Shown piece by piece: positions 18,071-33,254 of a DNA stretch of 64,000 nt. Every line of letters begins with the position of its first letter. Within the stretch, counting starts at the first letter, position 1. Position numbers and translations under genes: made by a program. The notes beneath the pieces are model-generated. The model was not told where the DNA came from, did not search any database, and saw only the letters and a program-made list of their open reading frames with translations. Source of the DNA: the human T2T-CHM13v2.0 reference genome, Homo sapiens; assembly GCF_009914755.1 (NCBI RefSeq), contig NC_060943.1; one strand, given 5' to 3'.

Positions 18071-18745
18071 GACAATACAGTACTGCTGACTCCAGGTACA
18101 ATGTAGAACAGCAGGCCTCACAAGTTTATTCATTGCGCTTGACTGAAATGGACTCTGTTTATGATTAGGAAAATGCCACCTGCTCACTGGATTCACCATT
18201 CTTGGTGAAGACGGTTTATAGACTTGACTGCAAATGTGCGTATTTCGTAAACAAGACTGCCCAAGTCTCAGTGATAGACATTCTTTGTACATTTGAGCGA
18301 GTTTCCATTGAGGATAAATTCCTGGTTATAGAATTAAAAAGTGGGGCAAAGAAATGAAATCAGACACAAATTGACCGATTGCTCACCACCTATAAGGAGG
18401 TAGGGGCTGGGATCAACTTGTGTTTTTAAAGGAGGGTCATGGCTGCTTATTGGAGAAGGACCTTGAGGGCTAAGCATGGAAGCCTGGAGACCAGGGTGGG
18501 AATGGTCCAGATGGTGGTAGCTTAGACTAGGGCAGTGGCCAAGGGTGCAAAATGACCGGTGGGACAGGACAAAGCCTTAAATGGGAACAGACCCAGGGAT
18601 AGTGGGGAGAGATCCTACTTCTTGAATCCCTTAGAGGGTTCCAGGGAACCAGGTCCAGATGTCAGCCAGCATCCTTCCCGTCAGGGTATCCCTGATGCAT
18701 GAGCTAAACAGAGTCCAAATATATCCAGTTAAGTAAGGAAGAGAT

Positions 18746-19372
<627 letters not shown>

Positions 19373-19794
19373 AAGCAGATACGTGCGGATTCAAAAACCA
19401 TCCCAGCACAGAGCAGCTGCATCATATATGTCTTTTTGTACAAATGGATAAGGATACCTCACTCCCCGCCATAATTCTATCAGTAATAGATTGTTTTCGG
19501 AGGACAGACAATGTCATCTGGGAAAAACCGCTCCTTTAGTTCTTCTTATGATTTCAATTCTGTTAGTGGCTCTCAAGAGAAATAACTAAGAACGGTGAAC
19601 AAGAAAGGAAAGAGGATTCTTTCAGCTGGTTGTAAGGGCACTGGGGAGATTGAGCCGCGTGATCACGTAGATGGTGACTGGGCGTGGGGCTGCACCGACC
19701 GTGCCCAGCCTCCCCTTTAGACATTTATTCTCCATGCAGTAACTTCTATTCTTTCATTTGCAGTAATGTAGCAATCACTGTGTGAATACATCCT

Positions 19795-20368
19795 CGTCTT
19801 AGTCTGTTCGGGCTGCTATAGCAAAAATACTATCGATTGGGTGGATTAGAAACAACAGATTTTTATTTCTGACAGTTCTGGAGGGAAAATCCAAGGTGCA
19901 GCAGATTTAGTGCCTAGGGAAGGGCCACTTCCTGCTGTCTTCTTGAGGGAGCCCTCTGGGGTCTTGTTAAAAATTAATTAATCAATTAGTTTTTAAATTG
20001 ACAAGTAAAATCGTGTATGTTTATGGTGACGACATGATGTTTTGAAATATGTATACATTGTGGAATGGTTATGTTGATCTAATCGATATATGCCTTTCTA
20101 CCTCCCCCCTTTTTTTTATGGTGAGAACACTAAAAGTCTACTGTTTTAGCAATTTTTACATTGTCATGAACTATAGTCACCACATTGTACAATAGACCTT
20201 GTGAGCTCTAGGGCCTCTTGTCTAGGACAATAATCCCATGATGAGCCTCTACCCTCATCATCTAATCCACTCCCAAAGGTCCCACCTCCTAATACTATCT
20301 CACTGGGAGTTAGGATTTAACATCAATTGTGGGGGGAGGTGGGGACGCAAACATTCAATCTACAGCAA
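19795..20368. mobile_element. MaLR LTR (MST/MLT1-type) interrupted by an L1MA 3' fragment (~19985-20205)
   Basis: TCTTAGTCTGTTCGGGCTGCTATA.CAAAA..ACAGTTCTGGAGG; CCCAAAGG.CCCACCTCCTAATACTATC..ACATTCA. Confidence 0.7.
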
Positions 20369-20598
20369 TTATCCTTCATTTGCTCCGTCTCCTCTTGAGG
20401 GGCATTCTGGCTGCTCCCCACCCTGATTTTTTATTTTGGGGATCAGAGTCACTCTGAATGTCTCAGACAGTGCCTCACACATCGCCTCACACATCACTCT
20501 CACCTTATCAATATTTACTGATTGGTTGAAGGTTGCAGTGGACAACCTTGTGTATGTTCCCTTGCCCACATGATGGAGAATTTCTTCAGGTGATGTAG

Positions 20599-20927
<329 letters not shown>

Positions 20928-21515
20928 ATATTTGTTTGCAAATAGTGCAGAATGTCTTTCTAAAGAGGCATTTTCCTTGTTTTCTCTTGGCAGCTCTGTA
21001 AGCAAGGACCTGCTTTACTTTTGCTCTCTGCCATCTCCCCAGCACCTCACACCAAGTCTGGTGCATACAAAGTCCTCTATTTGTCTGTCTCAAATATACA
21101 TGAGTGAATGAATGAATTATTTTATGCTCCAAATTGGCATTGAAGTGGATAGATATATATCTAGCCTGTCTTTCTCATAGCATATGTTACCATGACATCA
21201 AATATTCCTCCAGAAATACTTGTTTTGGGAAGAATTTGGTTTGTGCATCAAGACTGCAGGATAAAAGGATACTCATTGTATACACTTGTTGCCAACTTCT
21301 TGCTAATGTAGACAAAGGTGTGCTAACTCCTCTGTACCTTCCTGAATGTTTGTGAATGTCTGCAGACAGCAGATTCCCAGAAGTAGACTGGCTAAGTCAA
21401 AGCACACATACTTTTTAAATTTTGGCACCTCTCCCCAAAATTTGGTCACTAGCATTTGAGAATGTCCATTTTCCTACAACCTTCCTTACTCTAATATTAT
21501 TCTTGTTTTCGATAC

Positions 21516-21568
21516 AAATAGAAGTCATTTCGACAAAACAAGTCATTTTGTCGAAATGACTTCTATTT
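21516..21568. repeat. perfect inverted repeat, 23-bp arms, 7-nt loop
   Basis: AAATAGAAGTCATTTCGACAAAA-caagtca-TTTTGTCGAAATGACTTCTATTT. Confidence 0.95.
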
Positions 21569-21593
21569 ACTTTGAGTGTCTGTTTTGGTATTA

Positions 21594-21908
<315 letters not shown>

Positions 21909-22355
21909 GTAGTAGTAGGGTGGACTGTCTCTTTTATGTTTATTGCACCTAAACATACTCTCTGGTAAATATTCTACTCATACTCTTTGCCCGTGTTTCT
22001 ATCTTGGTGTTCAACTTTTCCTGAGTTTATATTACATTTATTTATGTATATAATTTCTATGTATCTCATATGTTTATGTTAGTGATACAAAGTTCTGGAT
22101 CATCACCTCTATTTTTACATATTTGACCTGGGCTTGCCATTTAAGTCTTGTTTGTGGTGGACGTTTTCCTTACACACAACACACACATTTTCAATTTTTG
22201 TGAAGTATAGATTTATTATTTTATATTCGTTAACTTTTGTGTCATATTTAGTACATCTTTCTTCATCCCATAGCTTCAAAAATATTCTCTTCGGTTTTCT
22301 TGCCATGACTGCAGAATGGAGGCCACGAGCCCACTTCCTTGCCCCAAGCCCTGTT

Positions 22356-23702
22356 CCCTACTCAGACGGCGCGAGCGCTGCCCCCCCTACTCAGACGGCG
22401 CGAGCGCTGCCCCCCCTACTCAGACGGCGCGAGCGCTGCCCCCCCTACTCACACGGCGCGAGCGCTGCCCCCCCTACTCAGACGGCGCGAGCGCTGCCCC
22501 CCCCTACTCAGACCGCGCGAGCGCTGCCCCCCCTACTCAGACGGCGCGAGCGCTGCCCCCCCTACTCACACGGCGCGAGCGCTGCCCCCCCTACTCACAC
22601 GGCGCGAGCGCTGCCCCCCCTACTCAGACGGCGCGAGCGCTGCCCCCCCTACTCAGACGGCGCGAGCGCTGCCCCCCCCTACTCACACGGCGCGAGCGCT
22701 GCCCCCCCTACTCACACGGCGCGAGCGCTGCCCCCCCTACTCAGACGGCGCGAGCGCTGCTCCCCTACTCAGACGGCGCGAGCGCTGCTCCCCCTACTCA
22801 GACGGCGCGAGGGCTGCCCCCCCTACTCAGACGCCGCGAGCGCTGCCCCCCCTACTCAGACGGCGCGAGCGCTGCCCCCCCCTACTCAGACGGCGCGAGC
22901 GCTGCCCCCCCTACTCAGACGCCGCGAGCGCTGCCCCCCCTACTCAGACGGCGCGAGCGCTGCTCCCCCCTACTCAGACGGCGCGAGCGCTGCTCCCCCC
23001 TACTCAGACGGCGCGAGCGCTGCTCCCCTACGCACACGGCGCGAGCGCTGCCCCCCCTACTCAGACGGCGCGAGCGCTGCTCCCCTACTCAGACGGCGCG
23101 AGCGCTGCTCCCCTACGCACACGGCGCGAGCGCTGCCCCCCCTACTCAGACGGCGCGAGCGCTGCCCCCCCTACTCAGACGGCGCGAGCGCTGCCCCCCC
23201 TACTCAGACGGCGCGAGCGCTGCCCCCCCCTACTCAGACGGCGCGAGCGCTGCCCCCCTACTCAGACGGCGCGAGCGCTGCCCCCCCTACTCAGACGGCG
23301 CGAGCGCTGCCCCCCTACTCAGACGGCGCGAGCGCTGCCCCCCTACTCAGACGGCGCGAGCGCTGCCCCCCCTACTCAGACGGCGCGAGCCCTGCCCCCC
23401 CTACTCAGACGGCGCGAGCGCTGCCCCCCCTACTCAGACGGCGCGAGCGCTGCCCCCCCTACTCAGACGGCGCGAGCGCTGCCCCCCCCACTCAGACGGC
23501 GCGAGCGCTGCCCCCCCTACTCAGACGGCGCGAGCGCTGCCCCCCCTACTCAGACGGCGCGAGCGCTGCCCCCCCTACTCAGACGGCGCGAGCGCTGCCC
23601 CCCCTACTCAGACGGCGCGAGCGCTGCCCCCCCTACTCAGACGGCGCGAGCGCTGCCCCCCCTACTCAGACGGCGCGAGCGCTGCCCCCCTACTCAGATG
23701 GC
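22356..23702. repeat. CpG-rich minisatellite, 29-bp unit (TACTCAGACGGCGCGAGCGCTG+C6-8), ~46 copies
   Basis: Directly visible tandem array; 4 CpG per unit; variant units with CACAC, CTGCTCCCC or GACGCC. Confidence 0.98.
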
Positions 23703-23704
23703 AC

Positions 23705-23950
23705 TCTAGAACTGGAATGTCCCACAGAGCAGCCGCAAACCACAGATGGCTGTTAAGCACTTAATATGTGGCTGCTGTGAATTGAGCCTTGCCACACGAT
23801 GAGTTTCAAAGACTTAGTATTAAAAAAGAATGTAAAAAATATTATTACAATTTTTATATTGATTACATGTTGAAATGATAACGTTTTTGAAACATGGGGT
23901 CAAACAAAATATATTATTAAAATGAATCCCATCTATTTCTTTTAAAAGCT
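23705..23950. mobile_element. MER33-type hAT MITE
   Basis: AAGCACTTAA.ATGTGGCT..TTTCAAAGACTTAGTA..TTTTTATATTGATTACATGTTGAAATGATAA. Confidence 0.7.
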
Positions 23951-24004
23951 GATAGAAAATAAAAATAGTAAATAATAACAATGACTTACAAAAATAGAAA
24001 TATC

Positions 24005-24358
<354 letters not shown>

Positions 24359-24394
24359 TTAAAATGATAAAAATGGCTCATATTATAATCTATC

Positions 24395-24830
24395 AGACTC
24401 AGGTCCTGCAAGAAGACCTTGGTTACTGCAGGAAGAATTTGGGCTCAAATAAATAGAAGTTCAGATGGTAGAAATCTTTCTAACTGGAGACTCTTGGTCT
24501 TTGAGAAGTAGTTTGAATGTCAACATCTCACCCAGTTGCCAGATAAAACCTCGGTTCAACAACCCACCATGGAATTTTTCCCTGATTAATGAGCTAAATT
24601 CTGTACTGGAATCCAAGCAATATATATGTTGCCATCCAACTCAGGAAGAGACTGGCTTTCTCGGAAAGAGCACAACCCACCCAGTGTTCTGGAGACCTCT
24701 ATTTCCAAACCATAAAAATATTAAATACTAGCCATCTGTTTTGCAGATCGCGTCCCTGATTTCCATCATTCATCAGTTTCTTTTTTCCTCCCTCTCGTTT
24801 CCTGGGGTGAACATCCTGCCCCCTCATTTT
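24395..24830 (+). repeat. Y module copy Y2
   Basis: TGCCAGATAAAACCTCGGTTCAACAACCCACCATGGAAT..CTGGAATCCAAGCAATATATATGTTGCC..GTTCTGGAGACCTCTATTTCCAAACCAT; about 75% identical by eye to 30447-30630. Confidence 0.85.
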
Positions 24831-24969
24831 CTGGGTTCCCCTCATGAGGATCTGTTAAGGGACCTGGCATGAAGCTGCTGGTTGTGTGTGATGCATAATG
24901 CCAGCCTACTTCCACTGAACAAAATTCTGTTATACATTCAGAGCAAAACTAAACAAATGAGAATTCACT

Positions 24970-25795
24970 AAAATTTAATAACAGCTTTGTTGAGATAGTC
25001 ACATACTATACAATTCATCGTTTAAAGTACTTATAAGTCAATGGTTTTTAGTATACTCATAGAGTTGTGAAATCATCAGCACAATCAATTTTAGAACATT
25101 TAGAATTTTAGAACATTTAGATCATCCCCTACCAAAAAATCCCATGCCCCTTAGTCGTAACTCAGCATTTCCTCCCAGTGTTCCCCAGCCCCAGGCAGCA
25201 CATGAATCTACTTCATGTATCTGTAGATTTTTGCATTTTGAATCATATGATATATGACTTTTGGGTAAGATTTTTTCACTTAGCTTAATGTTTTTGAGCT
25301 CATCTGTGCTGTAACATGTATCAGTACTTAATTCTTGTTTATGGCAGAATAATATTTCATTGTATGGGTGTGCCACATTTTACATATGTATTCATAAGTT
25401 GATAGACCTTTGGGCTGTTTTCACTTTTGGCTATTATGACTAATGCTGCTATGAACATTTGTATAGAAGTTTTTGTTTGTGTAGATGTATGTTTCCATTT
25501 CTTTGGGGTATATATCTAAGAGCAGGATTACTGTGTCTCAGGGTAATGCTATATTTAACCTTCTGAGGAACTGCTTTCCAAAACAGCTGCACCAGTTTAC
25601 ATCCCCACCAGCATTTATGAGGATTTCAATTTCTCTGTCCTCACCAACACTTATTATAGTCTGTGGTTTTTGACTATAGCCATCATAATGGGTGTAAAGT
25701 GACATCTCACTGTGGTTTTGACTCACATTTCCTTGGTGCCTAATGATAGTGAGTATCTTTTCATGTGCTTCTTGGGTATTTGTGTATCTCATTTG
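24970..25795 (-). mobile_element. L1MB/L1MC-type 3' region
   Basis: AACAGCTTT.TTGAGATA..TTTTAGTATA.TCA.AGAGTTGTG..TAATGCTGCTATGAACATT..TTCTGAGGAACTG..TCCTCACCAACACTT. Confidence 0.85.
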
Positions 25796-27000
25796 CCATA
25801 ATATCCACTGAGAACCTTTGCTGCTTGGTCACGCTACACCCAACCATTTTCGAAACATCTGGGCTATCCATGATAGTTTGGATACTGAGTTTATGTGGGT
25901 ACAGTGGAATCAGAAAAAAGAAAAGTTACCAGAGAATTTAGTTGGTAACGACAAATCCTTTGGAGAGAACCTTGACAGGACTTGCTAATGGACAACGTTT
26001 GCTGTACCTGATCAGGTCAACTTTGAAGTTAACAGAGGCTGAAGTGCCGGAATCAATCCATTCCAGAATGATTTCTAATTAAGGGTGCAATATAAGATCA
26101 CTCTGGCTACAGGGAAGGAGGCAGAAGAAGGGAAAGGGAAAGACAGGGAGATGCCAGGAGACCTAGCTGGCCACTCACTAAATCTAGATAGAATTAGTTA
26201 ATTCTTCCAATATGCTTTTATTAATTTATTTATAAATGAGATACACAGAAAAATGTTAGGTGCAAAATAAAACACGGAAAATTTTTCAGAGGATAAGATT
26301 TAAAAAAGTGAAAATGGAAGCTCCAATAATTTATTTGCACACATGACCCGTTCTGAGACCTCAAAGGGGTCGCAGCATGCGATGAAGTTGGGCCAGGGTA
26401 ACGACAGAAGATGGGAAGGTTGGGGAGTTACGTGGGGTGAGTGGAATGGCTGAAGGTAGACTCTGGAGAAGGATTTGATTTGATGTGCTGATGGACTTGG
26501 TTTCTCATTGTTGGAAACGATGTGAGACCAATTGATGGCTGTAGTTGAGAAGGAAATGATTTGGAATGCTCAGGAGGGAGGTCTGGGCTGTTGGTGGAGG
26601 GGGACAAAATCATAGAGAAGTGAGTTCGTGAGTGTGGCCAGGGGACTGGAGGAGATGTCAGTGGGGATTAAAAAAAAAAGCCAAGAGCTAACACGGAGTC
26701 CCGAAAGCTCAACCTGGAGACCTGGATGTGACAGGAGAGCCCCCAGGCCTGGGTCTGCAGCTTTCTCAGAGCCTGAGATCTACCCAGCACCCTTTCAGCA
26801 ATACTTCTTGTAGATGCCAGCCACCGCTAGTTTCTCTTGATGCAACTAAGAATTCCAATGCAAACAAAATGCAGCGGCTCACACGCCCTGCTGTGCTCCC
26901 CTCTCTGAGGACCTCATCCAAGAACATATTTTAAGATATACAGGACCCATTATCTAAGCACGGATGGAGAAAACTGCAGGCTTGAGCCCCTCCCCCTTGC

Positions 27001-27100
27001 TGCCTCAGGAGCACTGATTTTCTGTGAAGGACAGATGCAGCCTCCAGCTGTTGCCATGGAAACCAGGGCTGCAGAGAGTGAAGTTTTCCAGGCTCTGGAG
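27001..27100 (+). promoter_or_regulatory. P module copy B with consensus RFX X-box
   Basis: GCCTCAGGAGC; GTTGCCATGGAAAC (27050-27063); GAAGTTTTCCAGGCTCT (27080-27096). Confidence 0.7.
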
Positions 27101-27424
27101 TCCGTTGTGTGTGGGTGGATGCAAGATCCCAGCCTGGCATACAGCAGGCAACTAATAAATGTCTGTAGAAGGACTGAATGTTTGTCTCCTCGACTCCCAC
27201 CACACCTCGGCATTCTGTGCTAGAACAATCATCTTCTTGTGGGCCTGAAATCTGTGAGGTTGAAATTTTGTAAAAACTCCCTGGATTTATTGAGTTATAA
27301 TTTACATATAATATGATTTACCTATTTTAAATATACAGTTTGATGCATTTTAGTGGTTGTATACACTCATGAAACCACCACCACAATCAATAGCAGAGCA
27401 TTTAATTAGTCTAAAAAGTTTCTT

Positions 27425-27718
27425 GGCCCGGCAAGGTGGCTCACACCTGTAATCCCAATGCTTTGGGAGTCTGAGGTGGGAGGATTGTTTGAGGCTAGGA
27501 GTTCAAGACCAGCCTTGGCAACAAAGCAAGAGCCTGTCTTTACAAAAAAAAAAAAAAAAATCAGCTGGATGGGGTGACACCTGCCTGTAATCTCAGCCAC
27601 TTGGGAGGCTGAGATGGAAGGATCACTTGAGCCTAGGAGGCCAAGGCTTCAGTGAGCTATGATCATGCCACTGCACTCCAGCCTAGGCTACAGAGTGAGA
27701 ACCTGTCTCGAAAAAAAA
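27425..27718 (+). mobile_element. AluJ-like
   Basis: Alu dimer. Confidence 0.95.
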
Positions 27719-27719
27719 G

Positions 27720-27723
<4 letters not shown>

Positions 27724-27767
<44 letters not shown>
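27724..27767. repeat. (TA)n microsatellite
   Basis: visible. Confidence 0.95.
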
Positions 27768-27770
<3 letters not shown>

Positions 27771-27786
27771 TTAAAAAAAAGTTTTT

Positions 27787-28155
27787 TATTAGTCTGTTCT
27801 CACATTGCTGAGACTGGGTAATTTATAAAGAAAAGAGGTTTAATTGACTCACGGTTCCGCTGGCTGTACAGGGAGCCTGGCTAGGGAGACCCCAGGAAAC
27901 TTACAATCACGGCAGAAGGTAAAGGGGACCAGGCATGTCTTACGTGGCGGGGGCAGGAGGAAGAGATGGGGGGATGTGCTACACACTTTTAAACAACCAG
28001 ATCTCGTGAGAACTCACTCACTGTTATGAGAACAGCAAGGGGCACATTCCACCCCCATGATCCAATCACCTCCCACCAGGCCCCGCCTCCACCACTGAGA
28101 ATTACAATTTGACATGAGATGTAGGGAGCGGAGTGGATACAGACCCACACCATAG
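27787..28155. mobile_element. MSTA/MSTB-type MaLR LTR
   Basis: GAGACTGGGTAATTTATAAAGAAAAGAGGTTTAATTG.CTCACGGTTC..AAACAACCAGATCTCGTGAGAACTCACTCA..TACAATTTGACATGAGAT. Confidence 0.85.
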
Positions 28156-28589
28156 CAGACTTTTCTGTGCTAATTTGCCTTGGATCCCTTCCCTCCCTCC
28201 AACCCACTACCACACCACCCCGATCTACTTCCAGTCTCTACTGTTTTGTGACTTTCTAGAATTTTATGTAAATAGAATTATGCAATCTTTTGTTCAACTT
28301 TTTTCTCCTAATGTTTTGAGATACTCCATGTTGTTACATGTATTAAGATTTTACTGATTAATATTAATTATTAAATAATTATATTTTATTCCTTTTTACT
28401 GCTCAGTGATATTCCATAATATGGATATATCAGTTTATTTATTTTCCTGTTGGTGGCTATTTAAACTGTTTCCAATTTGAGGGTCAGGGGGTGCAGTTAC
28501 AGAATTATACAGCTATCAACATTCCTTTCTAGCAACATTTTAAGATTTGTCCCAGGTATTTGCAAACCTAAAGTGTTGTGCTTTTCTCA

Positions 28590-29585
28590 CAAAAACAATA
28601 GACATCGGTGTGGATATGGTGAAAAGGGATCACTATACACTGCTGATGAGCATGTCAATTAGTACAGCCTCTGTGGAAAACACTATGGAGGTTTGTCAAC
28701 TAACTAAAAGCAGATCTACCATTCCTTCCAGCAAGCCCACGACGGGGTATGTACCTGAAGGTGTCTTTCATATAAAAGAGACACCTGCATTCATATGTTT
28801 ATTACAGCATAATTCACAATTGCAGAGATATGACATCAGTCTAAGTGCCCATCTACAGATGAGTGGATAAAGAAAGTGTTGTACATATACAGCATGGAAT
28901 ACTACTCAGCCATTGAAAAAGAATGAAATCGTGTCCTTTGCAGCAATTTGGATGGAACTGAAGGCCCTTACTCTTTTTCTTTTTTCTTTTTTTTTTTCTG
29001 AGACGGGGTCTCGCTCTGTCACCCAGGCTGGAGTGCAGTGGTGCGATCTCCGCTCACTGCAACCTCCGCCTCCTGGGTTCAAGTGATTCTCTTGCCTTAG
29101 CCTCCTGAGTAGCTGGGACTACAGTCGTGCACCACCATGCCTGGCTAATTTTTTGTAATTTTAGTATAGATAGGGTTTCTCCATGTTGTCCAGGCTGGTC
29201 TCAAACTCTTGACCTCATGTGATCCGCTCGCCTTGGCCTCCCAGTGTGCTGGGATTACAGGCGTGAGCCCACCGCTAAAGGCCCTTATTCTAAGGGAAGT
29301 AACTCAGCAATAGAAAACCAAATACCGCATGTTCTCACTTATAAGTGAGAGCTAAGCTATGGGTACACAGAGGCAGACAGAGTGGTATAATGGACAGTGG
29401 AGACTCGGAAAGGGGACAGGAAGGGAGAAAGGGAGGGATAAAAAAACTACATATTGGGTACAATGTACATGACTTGGGTGATGGGTGCACTAAAAGCCCG
29501 GACAACACCACTATCCAATTCATCCACGTCATCAAAAATCACTGGTATTCATAGAGCTACTCAAATAAAAAGATTTAAAAAACAA
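28590..29585 (+). mobile_element. L1PB/L1MA-type 3' end, interrupted by an Alu
   Basis: ATGGAATACTACTCAGCCAT..GGATGGAACTG.AGGCC..ATGTTCTCACTTATAAGTG.GAGCTAAGCTATG..AAAAAACTACATATTGGGTACAATGTAC. Confidence 0.85.
28973..29275 (-). mobile_element. Alu
   Basis: antisense Alu dimer. Confidence 0.95.
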
Positions 29586-29663
29586 AACATAGACTGGCAC
29601 ACACACAAAATAATGTCTTGTACTTTTTGTTTCATTCTTGCCAATTGGATAGAAGGAAAATAA

Positions 29664-30077
<414 letters not shown>

Positions 30078-30304
30078 TCTTTGAGTTATTTTTAAATGTA
30101 CAAATAAATTATTATTGACTATAGTCACCCAATTTTGCTATCAAATACTAGGTCTTATTCACCCTTTCTAACTATTTTTCTGCACCCATTTACAACCCCA
30201 CTTGCCCCCCAACCCCCAACCCATACTGCCTTGTGCTGAAGAAGATGAGACCATTGGCCCCTCCCTGGCCCAAACACCATTCCCCCATTCCCCCTACATG
30301 GAAG

Positions 30305-30636
30305 CGCCCAGACCTACAAGGAGGCTTTCAGCTCCCGGTCCTGCATGAGGAATTTGGACCAAATCCAAATAGAAAATGGGGTCAGAAGAGAATGACATTT
30401 CTAACTGAATAGCCACGGTCCCTGAGAAGAAGCAGTTACAACGTCAGCTGCCAGATAAGACGTCGGGTCAAGGACCCACCGTGGAACGTCCCCTTGGTTC
30501 CTAAGCCAAATGCCCAGCTGGAATCCCAGCAATACACATGTTGCCTTCAGCAAGGGAATGATTTTCTCATAAACAGCACAGCCTGGCCAAGGTTCTGGAG
30601 ACCTCTGTTTCTAAGCCATGGAAGTATTTTATCCTG
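30305..30636 (+). repeat. Y module copy Y3 (continues after the Alu at ~30940)
   Basis: TGCCAGATAAGACGTCGGGTCAAGGACCCACCGTGGAAC..CTGGAATCCCAGCAATACACATGTTGCC..GTTCTGGAGACCTCTGTTTCTAAGCCAT. Confidence 0.85.
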
Positions 30637-30937
30637 GGCCAGGCGCCATGGCTCATGCCTGTAGTCCCAGCACTTTTGGGGTCCGAGGTGGTTGGATCGC
30701 TTGAGGCCTGGGCAACATAGAAAGACCTCATCTCTACAAAAAAAAACAAAAATTATCCGGGCATGGTGGCACACCCCTGTGGTCCCAGCTACTCTGGAAG
30801 CTGAGGCCAGAGGATCACTTGAGCCTAGCAGATCAAGGCTGCAGTGAGCTGAGATTGCGCCCCTCGCTCCAAACTGGGCAACAGGGAGAGACACTATCTC
30901 TAAAAATATATATAAAATAATAAAACAAACAAACAAA
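30637..30937 (+). mobile_element. AluJ-like inserted into Y3
   Basis: Alu flanked by TATTTTAT(C/T)CTGG. Confidence 0.9.
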
Positions 30938-31297
30938 TATTTTATTCTGGTTGTCATTTTGCGGATTATATCCCCTGGTCCCGTCAGTAATCATTTTGGG
31001 GCAGTTTTTTGTTGTTGTTTTTTTGGGGGTAGGTGTGAAAATCTTTCCGCTTCATAATATTCCAGGCATCACTGATGTTCAGCCATAACTCCCCCCACCC
31101 CTGAATATGCTCATGGAACTAAATTTCCATAACTTGTTGGATTCCGTGAATTACCAAAATCAGTAAGAATGGACTTTTAACACTTCATCTTAGTCTGAAT
31201 TAAGTTCACACACATAGCTGTCTGCACAGGGTTCGTCTGCCTTTTCCCATAACAATTATGTCAGCACGACCTCACAGCAAAGACCACATTGCTCCCT

Positions 31298-32003
<706 letters not shown>

Positions 32004-32354
32004 TACCCAACCAGAGTGCCCCAAACCCTTCCTACGTAGCAATTCTGGAGCTTAGACAGTCTGTGGATCATAGTAAGGAACTAGGTCTTTATCTGACAGT
32101 GACATGAATCTGTTGACGTGTTTTAGCCCGGGCAGTGGTCACGGATGCCTTTTCTTTTAAGACAGTCCATGTTGGCTCCACTATGGATGAAAGCCAGGGC
32201 TGGTGCATGGCAGAGACACACACAGAGGAGATTTGGGGGACACAGGACAGAGAGGATAGGTGCCCAGACGAGGTGGGGTAGGGGGAATGACGGAGACAGA
32301 GCTGGCTCAGGGGATGTCCAGGAGGCAGAACTGACGAGGCCTGGACGCTGGTGG

Positions 32355-32710
32355 GATTTGGTGGGTGGCTTATTTCATGTGTCCACCTGGCCAGGCTCCA
32401 AACCCCACAGTTTCCGTCAAACCCTCATCCAGCTGTGGCTGCGAGGGCATTTTACAGATGCAGTTAACATCTACGATAGCTGACTTTCAGTGAAGGAGAT
32501 GATCCTGGAGGATGTGGGTGGGCCTCATCTCATCAGTTGAAGGCCTTACGAGCAAAAACTGAGTTTTCCCTGAGGAAAAATAAATTCCACCTCAAGGTTG
32601 CAGCATTAGCTCCTGCCTGAGTTTCCAGCCTAGCGTCAGTCAGCCCCACAGATGCCATGCCTCCCAGACTTCAAAATCGTGTGAGCGATTGCCTTACAAT
32701 GAGTCTCTTA
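32355..32710. mobile_element. MLT2-type ERVL LTR
   Basis: ATGTGGGTGGGCCTCATC..ATCAGTTGAAGGCCTT..AGCAAAAACTGAG.TTTCCC..CCTGCCTGAGTTTCCAGCCT. Confidence 0.75.
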
Positions 32711-32712
32711 AA

Positions 32713-33240
32713 ACAGTGGTTTGCAACCTTTTTGGCACCAGGGATCAGTTTGGTGGAAGACAATTCTTCTGCAGACCAGGGTGGGGAGATGGCTTTGAGA
32801 TGATTCAAGCACATTACATTTGTTGTGCACTTTATTTCTATTATTATTACACTGTAATATATAATGAAAAAAATTATGCAACTCACCAGAACATAGAATT
32901 GGTGGGGAGCCCTGAGCTCATTTTCCTGCATGCTCCCAGCTGGGAGTGATGGGAGACAGCGACAGATCTCTAGGCATTAGATTCTCATAAGGAGCATGCA
33001 ACCTGGATCCCTCACACACGCAGTTCACAACAGGGTTCGTGCTCCTATGAGAACCTAATGCGGCTGCTGATTTGACAGGAGGTGGTAATGTGAGCAATGG
33101 GGAGAGGCTGTAAAGACAGATGAAGCTTCACTCACTCACTCGCTCACCCACCCACCCTCACGTCCTGCTGTGTGGCCCAGTTCCTAAACAGGCCATAAGC
33201 CAGTATGGGTCCATGGCCTGGGGGTTGGAGACCCCCATCT
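32713..33240. mobile_element. MER1A-type hAT element
   Basis: CAACCTTTTTGGCACCAGGGA..GTGGAAGACAATT..GGCATTAGATTCTCATAAGGAGC..GGGGTTGGAGACCCC; ~530 bp. Confidence 0.8.
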
Positions 33241-33254
33241 TTAAAGACAAAAAT

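Noticed and set aside
19540-19700. Candidate P module for the Y2 unit (CTCTCAAGAG; GATGGTGAC)
   Set aside because: No full X-box and no TTCCAGGCTC box; similarity too short.
22356-23702. CRISPR array, or subtelomeric TERRA 29-bp promoter repeat
   Set aside because: There are no unique spacers and the DNA is primate. The unit sequence differs from the TERRA repeat as I recall it, and there are no TTAGGG or 37/61-bp companions.
22134-23764. Three long ORFs of 456-540 aa
   Set aside because: All three + frames stay open only because the 29-bp repeat lacks stop codons; the peptides are permutations of the same repeat.
24465-24731. 88-aa ORF in Y2 as a protein-coding exon
   Set aside because: No third-position bias against Y3; Y0 and Y1 have stops or frameshifts; no recognisable domain.
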